The notes: generated from the sequence alone by a model not told the origin. A stretch of DNA of 64,000 nucleotides from Chthoniobacteraceae bacterium (GCA_031409655.1 JANNXQ010000194.1:1-64000); one strand, 5' to 3'; positions 29,627-40,198 are shown, counted from the stretch's first letter. A program made the numbers and translations.

Positions 29627-30232
29627 TCAATCCCCAACTCGCCGCCAGTCCTCCTCCTTATCCACGTCGCGGAGCATCGGGAGAAGGTGGACGCGCAAGC
29701 CGGCCTCCGCGGCGCGAGCGAGTGTTTGCGCAAAGACGGCTGCGGTGCTCCAGGCGATGTCTGCGAAGAGCGCCGGGTTCGGGGCGCGCAGCGCGATCAG
29801 GTAGTAGCCGCCGTCCACGGTCGGGCCGAGCGCCGTGTCGTGGCTCGCGAGTGCCTGCCAGGCTTCGGTGAAATGCGCAGCGCCGAGGGCCACGCAATCG
29901 CTGCCGATCGCCGCGACGGCCTCGTACCCTTCCGAAAAAGCTGCGGCAAAAGCCCGCTCCAGTCGCACGCCCAGGTCGCCGGTGGCCTGGGGGACAAAGC
30001 GGAGGGTCCGCCCTTTGCCGGGAGCATGCAGCCACGCGGCGATCTCCGCGCCTTTCTCTGGCGGGTCAAACAGCACGATGACGTCCTCACCCGGCGGGAT
30101 CTGCCGGAGCACCGTCTCCGCGAGCTGGCGGTAAATCTCCGCCGCACGCTCCGGCCCGAGCGTCGCCGCGAGCCGCGTCTTCACTTTGCCGGGCTCAGGG
30201 TATTTTGCGAAAAAAAGGACGCACCGGCGCAT
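29627..30232 (-). CDS. TIGR04282/DUF2064-family glycosyltransferase-like protein
   Basis: FAKYPEPGKVKTRLA, GDLGVRL, IGSDC, LGPTVDGGYYLI, DVD. Confidence 0.88.
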   Translation of the reverse strand: MRRCVLFFAKYPEPGKVKTRLAATLGPERAAEIYRQLAETVLRQIPPGEDVIVLFDPPEKGAEIAAWLHAPGKGRTLRFVPQATGDLGVRLERAFAAAFSEGYEAVAAIGSDCVALGAAHFTEAWQALASHDTALGPTVDGGYYLIALRAPNPALFADIAWSTAAVFAQTLARAAEAGLRVHLLPMLRDVDKEEDWRRVGD

Positions 30233-30441
30233 CACGGCGCCTCCGGCAACGAAGCGACGAAGCGGGTGCCGCCCGCCAGTGCGAGCAGACAAATGATGAC
30301 ACGCAGCGTCGGAAAAGGGGTCACGGGGCGGAGAGTAGCCACCGTCGGGAGCGAGACAAGCCCGCGGCCTTTCCGGTGGGTGCAGCTTTCGCTTTCGCAG
30401 GTTGAAAGCCCTTTCAATCCCACTACTATCGCCGCTCCGAA

Positions 30442-33006
30442 ATGGCCCGCCTCAAAGCCAATCACTCCATCGAAGAAGTTCTCAGCCTCGCCCTCCTCGG
30501 CGCCGGCACCCTGCTCTTTCTCTCGCTCATCTCCTACACCCCAGCGGACGTGCCGAGCTGGTTTCCACTCAGTTCCGTGGCAGCGAGCCGCGGTCCGGCG
30601 CTGAATTTCATCGGGCGGCTCGGAGCCATCGTGGCCTGTTGCAGCTACGCTTTTTTGGGAGCGGCCTCCTTCCTCCTCGCGGCCCTGCTCCTTGGCTATG
30701 GCGGGGTCAAATTGATGCGGCCCGAGCTGCGGCTCACCAAGCGGCTGCCGTGGGCGCTCATTTTCCTCCTGGCGGGCGCCTGCCTCGCGCATCTCACCCA
30801 TTTCTCGCTGCTCGATCTCGTGCGGCTGAATATCGCCGGACCGGGCGGTTGGGTGGGAAAATGGATCGGCGATTTCGTCTTTCGGGCGCTGCTCGGCGTC
30901 GTCGGTTCGGTCATCGTGCTGCTGCTTTTGTATGTCTCCAGCCTCATCCTGATGACGGGCATCCACCCGCTGCGGGCGGCGCGGGAGCTGGCGGCCCTGC
31001 CGGCGACCTTCGCGGCGCGGCGCGGGGCAAAGCGGATCGCCGAGGAAAATGATCGGGAGCGCGCGGCGGCGGATGCCGTGCGGCAGGAGCGGGAGCGTCG
31101 GAGGCTCGAAAAACCGGCTGGAAAAAAGTCCGCGCCGGTGCCAGGCGAAGCCGAGGATCCGACGCTCGTCATCAAGGCGCCGCCGCGTGAACCAGCGCCC
31201 CCGAGTGCGGCGGCTGCGGCCATTGCCGGGGATCTTTTCGGCGCCGAGGTGGAGGCACCGCGGCCGGTGCCGCAGATCATCGACAGCGCGGTGCTGCCGC
31301 CGCCGCGGAAGCGCGAGGTGAAAAAGGATAAATTTTCCCCGCTCACCTCGCTCTCCTGCGAAAACTACGAGCTGCCGTCGCTCTCCCTGCTCGATCCGAT
31401 CGACGTCACGGATCGCACCGCTGCAGACCCCGGCGAGTTGCTCGCCATCCAGGATACGATCATCGACACGCTTGCGCAGTTCGGGATCTCCGTCTCGCGC
31501 GGCGACATCACTCGCGGGCCGACGATCACGCGCTACGAGGTCTATCCGGCGAATGGCGTGCGGGTGGACAAGATCGTGAGCCTGGAGCGCGACATCGCTC
31601 GCTCCACGCGTGCGGAGCGGATCAACATCCTCGCGCCGATCCCCGGCAAGGACACCGTGGGCATCGAAATCGCGAATCTGAAGAAGCAGAAGGTGACCCT
31701 GCGCGAGTTGCTCGAGAGCGACGACTTTCAACACACCAAGGCGAAGATCCCCATCGCGCTCGGCAAGGACGTGTATGGCAAGACGATCATCGCCGACCTC
31801 GCCGCGATGCCGCACGGGCTCGTCGCCGGCACCACCGGCTCGGGCAAGAGCGTCTGCATCAATGCGATCATCGCCTCGATCCTCTACCGCTTCACGCCCG
31901 AGGATCTGCGTTTCATCATGATCGATCCGAAGGTCGTGGAAATGCAGATCTACAACACCCTGCCGCACCTCGTGGTGCCCGTGGTCACGGATCCGAAGAA
32001 GGTGCTGCTCGCGCTGCGCTGGGCCATCGATGAGATGGAGAAACGCTACGAGATTTTCGCCAAGACCAACGTGCGCAACATCGGGAGCTTCAATGCCCGG
32101 CCGAAGCTCAAGAGCCAGGCCGAGATCGACGCGGAAGCCGACGCGAAGTCCGACGCCGAAGACGCCGCCGCACTGGCCAATGCGGCGGCGGCCCCTGCGC
32201 TCGAAGTCGTGGAGCCGCCCGCCGAGGAAGTGGTCCCGCCGGTGATCGACTTCGAAAACATCAGCGACCAGGACCTTTTCAAAGTGACGCCGCAGCGCGC
32301 CGCCCCGGTGGCCGTGCATCGCGACAGCGAAACGATCATCCCGGAGCGGATGCCCTACATCGTGATCATCGTGGACGAGCTCGCGGACCTCATGCAGACC
32401 GCACCGGCGGATGTGGAAAGCGCCATCGCCCGCATCACTCAGAAAGCCCGCGCTGCCGGCATCCACATGATCATCGCCACGCAGACCCCGCGGGCCGACG
32501 TCATCACTGGTGTGATCAAGGCGAATGTGCCGTGCCGCATCGCTTTCCAGGTGGCTTCGGCGCTGGATTCGCGGGTCATCCTCGATGAAAACGGCGCGGA
32601 ACGTCTGCTCGGCCAGGGCGACACTTTGTACCGCCCCCCTGGCACCTCGCGGCTCATCCGCGCGCAGGGCGTGCTGGTCACAGATGAAGAGATCAAGCTC
32701 GTCGTTGACCACGCGTCGAAGCAGAGCGAGCCGAACTTTGAAGCCGCCATCCACGACCGACTGAAGGGCGGGGGAGCCGAGGAGGAGGACGTGAGCGACG
32801 AGGACGAGGAACTCGTGGAGCAGTGCATCGAAGTGATGCGCCAGGAAAAGAAGGCGAGCACCTCGCTTTTCCAGCGCCGGCTGCGGCTCGGCTACACGCG
32901 GGCGGCGCGGATACTGGACATCCTGGAGGCGCGCGGCTACGTAGGAGCGGGCGAAGGGGCGAAACCGCGGGAAATCCTCGTCGATCTCGACGCCTTCACT
33001 CCGTAA
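30442..33006 (+). CDS. ftsK: DNA translocase FtsK
   Basis: 4TM N-terminus, GPTITRYE, AGTTGSGKS, IVDELADLM, ATQTPR, C-terminal gamma domain QRRLRLGYTRAARI. Confidence 0.96.
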   Translation: MARLKANHSIEEVLSLALLGAGTLLFLSLISYTPADVPSWFPLSSVAASRGPALNFIGRLGAIVACCSYAFLGAASFLLAALLLGYGGVKLMRPELRLTKRLPWALIFLLAGACLAHLTHFSLLDLVRLNIAGPGGWVGKWIGDFVFRALLGVVGSVIVLLLLYVSSLILMTGIHPLRAARELAALPATFAARRGAKRIAEENDRERAAADAVRQERERRRLEKPAGKKSAPVPGEAEDPTLVIKAPPREPAPPSAAAAAIAGDLFGAEVEAPRPVPQIIDSAVLPPPRKREVKKDKFSPLTSLSCENYELPSLSLLDPIDVTDRTAADPGELLAIQDTIIDTLAQFGISVSRGDITRGPTITRYEVYPANGVRVDKIVSLERDIARSTRAERINILAPIPGKDTVGIEIANLKKQKVTLRELLESDDFQHTKAKIPIALGKDVYGKTIIADLAAMPHGLVAGTTGSGKSVCINAIIASILYRFTPEDLRFIMIDPKVVEMQIYNTLPHLVVPVVTDPKKVLLALRWAIDEMEKRYEIFAKTNVRNIGSFNARPKLKSQAEIDAEADAKSDAEDAAALANAAAAPALEVVEPPAEEVVPPVIDFENISDQDLFKVTPQRAAPVAVHRDSETIIPERMPYIVIIVDELADLMQTAPADVESAIARITQKARAAGIHMIIATQTPRADVITGVIKANVPCRIAFQVASALDSRVILDENGAERLLGQGDTLYRPPGTSRLIRAQGVLVTDEEIKLVVDHASKQSEPNFEAAIHDRLKGGGAEEEDVSDEDEELVEQCIEVMRQEKKASTSLFQRRLRLGYTRAARILDILEARGYVGAGEGAKPREILVDLDAFTP

Positions 33007-33113
33007 AAGGCCGCCCGCTTTGGGCGGCCCGAACGCTGCTTATCTTCCCTCGCGCTTTAGTCATCCTTGGAATCCCCCAGGCTGGGATGGCCGGAGCGTG
33101 ACCCTTGAACACA

Positions 33114-34076
33114 ATGTCCGAATCCATCGGGAAAAAACTCAGCCAGACCCGCATCCAGCGTGGCCTTTCACTCGACGAAGCTGCCCACGCGACAAAACTG
33201 CGCCCGGACAAGATCCTCGCCCTCGAAGCGTGCGACTACGCCAGCTTTCCGAGTAACTCCTACGCCCGCGGTTTCCTGCTCATCTATGGACGGTTCCTAA
33301 AGGTCGATGTCTCGGAGGATGCCGCGGCGCTCGACACCGTGAATCGGCTCAGCGTCGAGGACTATCAATACCTGAGCAACGCCAACGAACCGCGCCCCGA
33401 GCCAAAGAACTATCTGCCAGACCTGAGCCGGCGGAAAAAGCCCTCGCTCGTGCCGTTGTTTGCCTTCTTCGGGGCGATCATCGTGCTCTTTTTCGGCTTC
33501 ACCGCTTATGTGAACTGGCAGCGCATCCGCGGGGAGGTTTCGAGCAAGGAAAAGGCCGCCCAAACGGCCATCGTGGAGACCCAGCCCGAACCCCTGCCGG
33601 AACCGGTTCGCGATCCGGTGCCCGCACCGGAAACGCCGGTCGCCGTCGCGCCCGAGACGCCACCAGTGGAAGAGGCGGCGGCACCTCCCGAACCGATCGC
33701 GATGCCGCCAAAGCCAGGGGTTTCAGATCGTGAATTCATCGGCGCCTCACCAGCTCTCCTGGCGGAAATGGCCTCGAACGTTCCCGCTGGGGAAGTGACG
33801 CCGCCCGTGCCCAATCCCGACCGCGACCTGATCACGGCCACGCCCGTGCAGATGAACGAAGTCGAGATCGCCGTGGCCAAGACGACGTGGGTGAAGATCC
33901 GCAAGGACGACCCGAGCTCGAAGCCGATCTTCGAGGACTACCTCTACCCGCACACCCGCGGCCTGAAGCTCAAAGGCACCCGCTTTTTCATCGAGGCGCG
34001 GGACTCCGGCTCTGTGGAGATCCGGAAGAATGGCGACCCGATCGCCTATCAGTCGCCCGGCGTGACGATTCAGTAG
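33114..34076 (+). CDS. rodZ: RodZ-like HTH membrane protein
   Basis: IGKKLSQTRIQRGLSLDE, YARGFLLIYGRFL, TM helix, C-terminal DUF4115-like region; follows ftsK. Confidence 0.8.
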   Translation: MSESIGKKLSQTRIQRGLSLDEAAHATKLRPDKILALEACDYASFPSNSYARGFLLIYGRFLKVDVSEDAAALDTVNRLSVEDYQYLSNANEPRPEPKNYLPDLSRRKKPSLVPLFAFFGAIIVLFFGFTAYVNWQRIRGEVSSKEKAAQTAIVETQPEPLPEPVRDPVPAPETPVAVAPETPPVEEAAAPPEPIAMPPKPGVSDREFIGASPALLAEMASNVPAGEVTPPVPNPDRDLITATPVQMNEVEIAVAKTTWVKIRKDDPSSKPIFEDYLYPHTRGLKLKGTRFFIEARDSGSVEIRKNGDPIAYQSPGVTIQ

Positions 34077-34134
34077 GCAGCGGTCCGTCGGCGCGGGATT
34101 GTCGAACGCTGACCACCGCGACTACGCTCCCCGG

Positions 34135-35088
34135 ATGTCCGCCCCCAGCCCGACGCTCAGCGTCCTGATGCCCGTCTTTGACGCCGAACGCTACCTCGCG
34201 GGGGCGATCGAGAGCGTCCTGGCGCAGACCGAGCGGGGCTTTCAATTTGTGATCGTCGATGATGGCTCGCGCGATCAATCGCCAGCGATCATCGCGCGTT
34301 TCGCCCAGCAGGACCGGCGTATCCAGGTCGTCACGCAGGCAAACACCGGGGTCGCCGGTTCGCTGAATGCCGGCCTCGCCCAATGCACCGGCGAACTGGT
34401 CTTCCGGATGGATGCGGACGATCTCTCGCTGCCCACGCGTTTCGCGGTGCAGGTGGCCGAGATGCAGCGGCGGCCCGAGATCGTCGCCCTCGGGACCGCC
34501 GTCATTTTCACCGACTCCGAAGCGCGTCCGCTGAAGGTCTATCGGCCTCCGCTCGAGCCGGCCGTGATCGAGGCGGAGTTGACGGATGGAAATGGCGGCG
34601 CGCTGGTGCATCCGACGGTGGTCTTTCGCCGGGCGGCGCTGCTCGCCTGCGGCGGGTATCGGACAAAGTACGACTTCATCGAGGACCTCGACCTCTACGT
34701 GCGGCTGCTCGGCCACGGCCCGCTCGCGAATCTCGCCGAGCCACTCTTCCACTACCGGCAGCACGCCCAGAGCGTGAACCATCGGCTCGGCCATCGCGAC
34801 GCGATGACGGCCGAGATCGTCGCCCCGCTGCGCGCCCGGAAAGGGCTGCCGCCCTGGCCGGGCCGGGGCATGAACGGCCTGCCGGGAGGGCTGAGCGAGG
34901 ATGCTTGCCGGAGGAAATGGGCGCTCGATGCCGCCGAGGGCGGCAACTTTGCCACCGCCCGCGCCAATGCCCTCGCTGCGGTCCTCAACAAACCGTGGAA
35001 CCGCAAAAACTGGGCGTGCCTCCGCTATGTCCGCAGCCTGCGGGCCGGGACAACCGGAGACGGCGCCAGGCGCGAGGGGCTGCGGTAG
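34135..35088 (+). CDS. Glycosyltransferase family 2
   Basis: SVLMPVFD, IVDDGSRD, RMDADD, EDLDL. Confidence 0.92.
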   Translation: MSAPSPTLSVLMPVFDAERYLAGAIESVLAQTERGFQFVIVDDGSRDQSPAIIARFAQQDRRIQVVTQANTGVAGSLNAGLAQCTGELVFRMDADDLSLPTRFAVQVAEMQRRPEIVALGTAVIFTDSEARPLKVYRPPLEPAVIEAELTDGNGGALVHPTVVFRRAALLACGGYRTKYDFIEDLDLYVRLLGHGPLANLAEPLFHYRQHAQSVNHRLGHRDAMTAEIVAPLRARKGLPPWPGRGMNGLPGGLSEDACRRKWALDAAEGGNFATARANALAAVLNKPWNRKNWACLRYVRSLRAGTTGDGARREGLR

Positions 35089-35154
35089 CCCGGCTCGGGC
35101 CGCCTTTTTGCTCGCGTTCCCCAGCGGGCGGCGCTTCTTTGACTGCCTTTTCCC

Positions 35155-36834
35155 ATGGAGACTAATTCTGACGCGGACGCACCGCCCCCTGCCACGCCCG
35201 ACCAACTCCCCGCTGCCGAACTCCCCTCGGAGGCGCCGCTCGATCCCGAGGTCGAACCGGGGGAAGCCGCCGAGGAGGAAGTCGCCGGTGGGCCCGCGAC
35301 CGCCCTCTCGGAACTCGTCGCCTCGGCCGCTCGCGGGCGCCTTTCAGGGGCTGAAGAGGAACGGGGCACCGGGCTCCTCAAAGAGTTGCTGCAAGGGGGT
35401 CGCTCTGGCGTCGCCCTGGCCGTGGCCGCGCTGCCGCAGCTTCCGTGGCTCGTCGGCATCCGCGCGGTCGAGACGGTCTGGCCGGAACTCACCGCCGGCT
35501 TCCGCACCCAGCTCGTCTCGGGACTTGCGAAAGATGAGACCGACGCCGCGCGCCGCATGCGCCTGAGCCTCGCGCGCGCGCTTTTCAAACTCGACCCGCC
35601 AGTCGGGCTGAAGATCGCCGTGAGTGTCGCGAAAGAAATGCGCGACAAGGAATCCGGCCTGGTCGCGCCGAGGGATGCGCAGATGTTTTCCAATGTGTTC
35701 ATCGGCCGCGCGCGCCCGTGGGTGGCGCTGCTGCCGCTCGCGGAATTGAAGCCCGCAGAGGGCGACTTGCTCACCCACGTCGCGCTGCTCGTCGCTTTCA
35801 GCCTGCCGCATCCGCCGGTCACGCAACTCGGGGTGCTGAAGTGGGTCCACGAGAGCGGTCGTCTCAGCAAGCTGCCCGAGGCCGCGCTTGCCGCGGTGAT
35901 CGCCGGGGTGGGCCGGTGGAATGCGAAATGGCAGAACGTCCTGCGCAAGGAAGTCGCGGAGCTGCCCGAGGAAATCCTCGCCGCGCTGCGTCCGCCGACC
36001 GCCGATGAGCCGGAAGCCGCGAGTGACGAGCCGTCTGAAAATGCGACCACGGACGATGCGCCCGTCGGCGAGGAAGGTGCCGACGCGCCGCCCCGCCGCG
36101 CGCGCCCCGTGTATGTCTCCCGGCAGGAGGAAGCGCGCCGGAAGGCGATCGCCGAAGGGACGCTGCCACCCGATGCGGAGCTGCCGGCCACCTTGGCCGA
36201 GCCCTTGGCGCGGGAGGAGGAAGATGAGGACGAGGAAGATGACGAGGAGGAGGAGGAAGCGGCCGAGCCGAAGCCGGCGCGCGGGGGCCGTGATTTTCGC
36301 GAGCCCCGCGAAGGCCGCGAATCCCGCCAGGCGCAGGGTGGCCGGGGTCAGCAATTCAACCTCCCGCAGATGCTCCGGCAGATCGAGTCGCACGTCAGTT
36401 CGCTGAAGGCGGAGATCGAGAACGCAAAGTCCAAGCTGCGCAACCGTGACCACGAGGCCGAGCGCGCCGCGCGCCGCAAGCCCGACGTGCCGGTGATTGC
36501 CGGGGAGCCGACGCCCGAAGAACTCGCCCGCCTGAACCGCCAGCTCGAACTGCGCAACGACGAACTCCAGAGCCGCATCGGCGAACTCACCCAGCACGCC
36601 GAGGACATGGCCGCCGCCTCCGGCGCCCTGAGCGATCAACCCGTCACCGATCCCGACGCCCAGCTCCGCGCCCTGCTCGCGCTCAAGCTCCAGGAGGACT
36701 ACGAAGATTTCTGCGCGCTGGAAAAGGAAGGCAACGACGTCGTGGTCCAGCAACACTACCGCACGCTCATCGGCCACCTTTTCGAAGTCCTCCTCGCCAA
36801 CGGCGTCCCACTCAAGGCTGGCGAAGGACAGTGA
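35155..36834 (+). CDS. Hypothetical protein: helical-repeat N-half, acidic linker, C-terminal coiled coil
   Basis: Long ORF with native codon bias, poly-E/D tract and heptad pattern. Confidence 0.7.
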   Translation: METNSDADAPPPATPDQLPAAELPSEAPLDPEVEPGEAAEEEVAGGPATALSELVASAARGRLSGAEEERGTGLLKELLQGGRSGVALAVAALPQLPWLVGIRAVETVWPELTAGFRTQLVSGLAKDETDAARRMRLSLARALFKLDPPVGLKIAVSVAKEMRDKESGLVAPRDAQMFSNVFIGRARPWVALLPLAELKPAEGDLLTHVALLVAFSLPHPPVTQLGVLKWVHESGRLSKLPEAALAAVIAGVGRWNAKWQNVLRKEVAELPEEILAALRPPTADEPEAASDEPSENATTDDAPVGEEGADAPPRRARPVYVSRQEEARRKAIAEGTLPPDAELPATLAEPLAREEEDEDEEDDEEEEEAAEPKPARGGRDFREPREGRESRQAQGGRGQQFNLPQMLRQIESHVSSLKAEIENAKSKLRNRDHEAERAARRKPDVPVIAGEPTPEELARLNRQLELRNDELQSRIGELTQHAEDMAAASGALSDQPVTDPDAQLRALLALKLQEDYEDFCALEKEGNDVVVQQHYRTLIGHLFEVLLANGVPLKAGEGQ

Positions 36835-37098
36835 AGAAGGGGGCAGGGGGCAGGGATATTTTTCAAGAATGGGGCTCGAACCAGCCCGAACAAGTCAACT
36901 ATAGTTGTTATATTAATATCGGCGATCGTCCTACGCTGCCTCGGTCCAGCGACCGGAAGCCGTTTTTGCCGCTTTTCAAAGTAAGTCTGCGCTTCCGTCG
37001 CGAGCGGGTGGCGCGGCAGCCAATAGGCCGCGGAACCGCTCGCCCCAGGCTCCCGTCTTCTTTATCAAGCGAGCCCCCCTCCCTCGCGTCGTGAACTT

Positions 37099-37229
37099 GA
37101 ACCTATCCCAAAACGATGGTGTGTGCGCCTGCTTCTCCTTCTTCCACTCTTTCTGCTTAGGACACGCCTTGGAAGAAAAGGAAGGAAAAGAAGGAGCAGG
37201 AGAGTCGCCGCCGGTTTCGGGATTGGTTC
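37099..37229. mobile_element. MITE-like element with 16-bp imperfect terminal inverted repeats
   Basis: gaacctatcccaaaac vs reverse complement of gtttcgggattggttc (gaaccaatcccgaaac); internal arms cctgcttctccttcttcc / ggaaggaaaagaaggagcagg. Confidence 0.6.
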
Positions 37230-37344
37230 CGATGTTTCGGCGATCGGGAGACACTGCCGCCGCGCCGCACCGACAGTTTCCTTGCGCGAGGCGGCCCGCA
37301 CTTTCTGACTTCCCAGCACCGCGCGGATGCGGAAGATCGTCGGC

Positions 37345-38562
37345 ATGTTCCGACGCTCTTTTCTTCACCTCGGGCTTGCCGCTTTCACATCGCTATCCGT
37401 CGCCACGCTCGCCGCCGATTGGCCGTACTGGCGCGGCCCGCAGCGCAACGGCGTCTCGGAAGAGAAGGGCTTCGTCACCGCCTGGCCGTCCGGCGAGCCG
37501 CCGATCGCCTGGCGCGCGAAAGTCGGGCTCGGGATGTCGTCGATCGCCGTCGGGGGCGGGCGGGCTTTCACCGCCGGGCACGAGGGGAAACAGGACACCG
37601 TCTTCTGCTTCGACGCGGTCAGCGGTAAAGAGGTTTGGAAACACAGTTACGCCGCCGAGCTGGGCGACGTTTATTACGAAGGTGGCACCACCGGCACGCC
37701 GACCCTCGACGGCGACCGCCTCTACTGGCTGAGCCGCTGGGGCGACGCCTTTTGCTTCGAGGCCGCGACCGGAAAGATCGTGTGGTCGAAAAACGTGCAG
37801 AAGGAAAGCGGCGCTCCTGTACCGGATTGGGGTTTCACCGGCGCGCCGCTGGTCCAGGGCGATCTGCTCATCTGCAATGTCGGCGATGCTGGCCTCGCGC
37901 TCGAAAAGTCCACCGGCAAAGTCGTCTGGAAATCCGCGGAGAAAGATTGCGGCTACTCGACGCCGCTCCCCTTCGAGCGCGATGGCAGGAAGCTCGTGGT
38001 CCTGGCCTCCGCGCAAAGCTACGTCGCCGTGAACCCACGCGACGGTAAGGAAGCGTGGCGCGTCCGCCACCTCACCCAATACAACGTCAACGCCGCCGAT
38101 CCGGTGATCGACGGCGACCGCGTCTTCCTCTCCACCGGCTACGGCAAAGGCTCCGCGCTCTTCCGCATCGGCTCCGGCGAACCCGAGCAACTCTGGAAGT
38201 CGAAGGCGCTGCGGACGCAAATGAACGCCGCCGTCCTTTCCGAAGGCCACCTGTTCGGAGCCGACGGCGACACCACCGAGAAAGCCGCGCTCAAGTGCCT
38301 CGACTTCGCCACCGGCCAGGAAAAGTGGGCGCAGCCGAACTTCGGCAGCGGCGCCGTGATCATCGCCGACGGCCAACTCATCGCTCTCAGCGGAATCGGC
38401 GAATTACTGATCGCCCCAGCCTCCCCCGAAGCCTTCAAACCCACGACCCGTGCCCAAGTCCTAGGCGGCAAATGCTGGACTGCTCCCGTCCTCGCCAACG
38501 GCCTCATCTACTGCCGCAACTCCCGGGGCGAGATCGCGGCGGTCGATGCGCGGAAGAAATGA
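37345..38562 (+). CDS. PQQ-binding-like beta-propeller protein
   Basis: Signal peptide, DWPYWRGPQRNG, repeated A..GK.VW blades, CWTAPVLANG. Confidence 0.9.
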   Translation: MFRRSFLHLGLAAFTSLSVATLAADWPYWRGPQRNGVSEEKGFVTAWPSGEPPIAWRAKVGLGMSSIAVGGGRAFTAGHEGKQDTVFCFDAVSGKEVWKHSYAAELGDVYYEGGTTGTPTLDGDRLYWLSRWGDAFCFEAATGKIVWSKNVQKESGAPVPDWGFTGAPLVQGDLLICNVGDAGLALEKSTGKVVWKSAEKDCGYSTPLPFERDGRKLVVLASAQSYVAVNPRDGKEAWRVRHLTQYNVNAADPVIDGDRVFLSTGYGKGSALFRIGSGEPEQLWKSKALRTQMNAAVLSEGHLFGADGDTTEKAALKCLDFATGQEKWAQPNFGSGAVIIADGQLIALSGIGELLIAPASPEAFKPTTRAQVLGGKCWTAPVLANGLIYCRNSRGEIAAVDARKK

Positions 38563-38687
38563 TTACCCGTTCATCGAAAGGAAGAACCGCGAAGTCGATT
38601 GAAACGCGTGAACCAATTCCCATAGAGAGATGATTGGCGGTAGATATCAAATGGCGCCCCGAAACACTGCCACTGCAAATACGAAAC

Positions 38688-39089
38688 ATGGCCCTCGACC
38701 CATACGAAGTTCTTTACGGATCCAAGGCAACGGAAGACTCGCTGCCTCCTGAAATCCACAATCCTCCCGACTCTAACGTTGGAGAGTTTGCGTCGGGATT
38801 TTCTCGCGGAATAGATTCAGTTCAGAAAATGTGGTTCAAAGGAGGTGAGTTTGTTTCTACCTCTATGGGTTGGGAGGCGGAGAAAAACTACTTCCAAGGG
38901 AAGGTTCGGCTAAATGCGGTTGAGATTACCAACGAACCCAGTGGCGTTCCTACACTGCAAGATATTACTGGGCCATTTTCGCTTTCGCACTATTGCGCGA
39001 GCCAACTCGGTCAAGGACTCCCTCTAATTCTACTGGCCGTTACTTTCACGCTTCTCTATTTCCGTCTTCTCAACCGTCGCGCAAAATAG
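38688..39089 (+). CDS. Lower-GC hypothetical protein with C-terminal TM helix
   Basis: Open frame in a visibly AT-richer islet; hydrophobic tail LPLILLAVTFTLLYF. Confidence 0.5.
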   Translation: MALDPYEVLYGSKATEDSLPPEIHNPPDSNVGEFASGFSRGIDSVQKMWFKGGEFVSTSMGWEAEKNYFQGKVRLNAVEITNEPSGVPTLQDITGPFSLSHYCASQLGQGLPLILLAVTFTLLYFRLLNRRAK

Positions 39090-39151
39090 ACAGCGCCCCT
39101 TGTCTCCGCCGCGACCTTGGCGGCTTTCGCTACGTCGGGTAGTCTCCCCCC

Positions 39152-39193
39152 ATGAATCTCCTCGAACGCATCACCGTCGAGACCGGGAAATGA
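39152..39193 (+). pseudogene. Truncated DUF433 (antitoxin-like) remnant
   Basis: MNLLERITVETGK-stop matches the typical DUF433 start that normally continues CGGRPCIRG. Confidence 0.55.
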
Positions 39194-39297
39194 AAGGAAC
39201 ACGAGGGGTCAAGGCTTACAAATCGAAACTCGCCCGTTTTGGCACGTAAAGTCTGCGAAAGTGACGGAGAGATGGAACCACTCGCGTGCGGCAGCGA

Positions 39298-39756
39298 TCA
39301 AAGCAGCCGCGGATCGAAGGTGAAAGGTTCCGGCTTTCCGATGACGATCTTCCGGAAGTCGGAATGAGCCGCGTTGAGCAGGTAGTTCGATTCGCCGGGG
39401 ATGATCGCGCTGGGGAGTTCCAGGACGGCGGAGCGGGCCTGTTTCACCCATTGATCGCCAATGGCCTTGGTCGATGGCGGCGGTGGTTCGTCTTTCCAAT
39501 CGGACGGCAGTGCGGTAGTGCGGATGGTTTCGACGCGCGCGTCATCGAAGGTGATGGAGAAGGCGAGATACCGAAAGAGCACCGGGGGATTCAAGTGGAC
39601 GAGGGTTTCGAGGGCAGCGAGCGACTGGGTGTCACTGGCATACACGACCCAGGTGCCGCGGGAGTTCCATCGACCGCCGACTCGCGACGCGCCTTTGCCG
39701 GTGAAGGCGCTGGCGGCGTGTCGCGCTTTCACGATGCGCCACGCGTGCCGCTTCAC
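39298..39756 (-). CDS. RES-domain toxin (ParT/MbcT type)
   Basis: AFTGKGA..GGRWNS, YAS..SLAALETLVH, LPSAIIP.E.NYLLN; GTGA overlap with antitoxin. Confidence 0.92.
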   Translation of the reverse strand: MKRHAWRIVKARHAASAFTGKGASRVGGRWNSRGTWVVYASDTQSLAALETLVHLNPPVLFRYLAFSITFDDARVETIRTTALPSDWKDEPPPPSTKAIGDQWVKQARSAVLELPSAIIPGESNYLLNAAHSDFRKIVIGKPEPFTFDPRLL

Positions 39757-40196
39757 GAATAGACGCCGTATTCGATGCGCCCGAGCAGATCCTCCACTTC
39801 CCGGGCGCCCACTTCGGTCTCCGCGTATTCCAGGGGAATGGCGCCGCCAAGTCCGATTTGGGGAGCGTTCAGCCATTGGCGGGCGGCTTCCACGGAATCG
39901 AGCACTTCGATGGCCCGGCCCATGAGGCGCGAGTAACGCACGACACGATCCGACTCGGCGGGGTCCAGCCGGCCAGCGGCCTTGCGCCGGTGCAGGGTCG
40001 CCTTGGAGATGCCGAGCATCGGAAGGAGGCGTTCCATGGGCAGGGCGAGACTGGCCTGCAATGCTTCAAGCTCGCGGAATGGCAGTCCAGCCTTGAGCGA
40101 CGCAATGAGCTTCGCGGTGGTCGGTGCAACCTTGCGGCGCAAGGCCGCAGTCGGAGTGCTGCGCCCAGCTTCGGGTTTGGTGGATGCCTTGATCAT
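39753..40196 (-). CDS. Xre/MbcA/ParS antitoxin
   Basis: LGISKATLHRRK HTH, ESDR, ARQWL..P..GLGG..PL, EVEDLLGRIEYGVYS. Confidence 0.92.
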   Translation of the reverse strand: MIKASTKPEAGRSTPTAALRRKVAPTTAKLIASLKAGLPFRELEALQASLALPMERLLPMLGISKATLHRRKAAGRLDPAESDRVVRYSRLMGRAIEVLDSVEAARQWLNAPQIGLGGAIPLEYAETEVGAREVEDLLGRIEYGVYS

Positions 40197-40198
40197 TC

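Noticed and set aside
36896..36907. NrdR box
   Set aside because: Spacing does not fit the 16-bp consensus and no ribonucleotide reductase gene is adjacent
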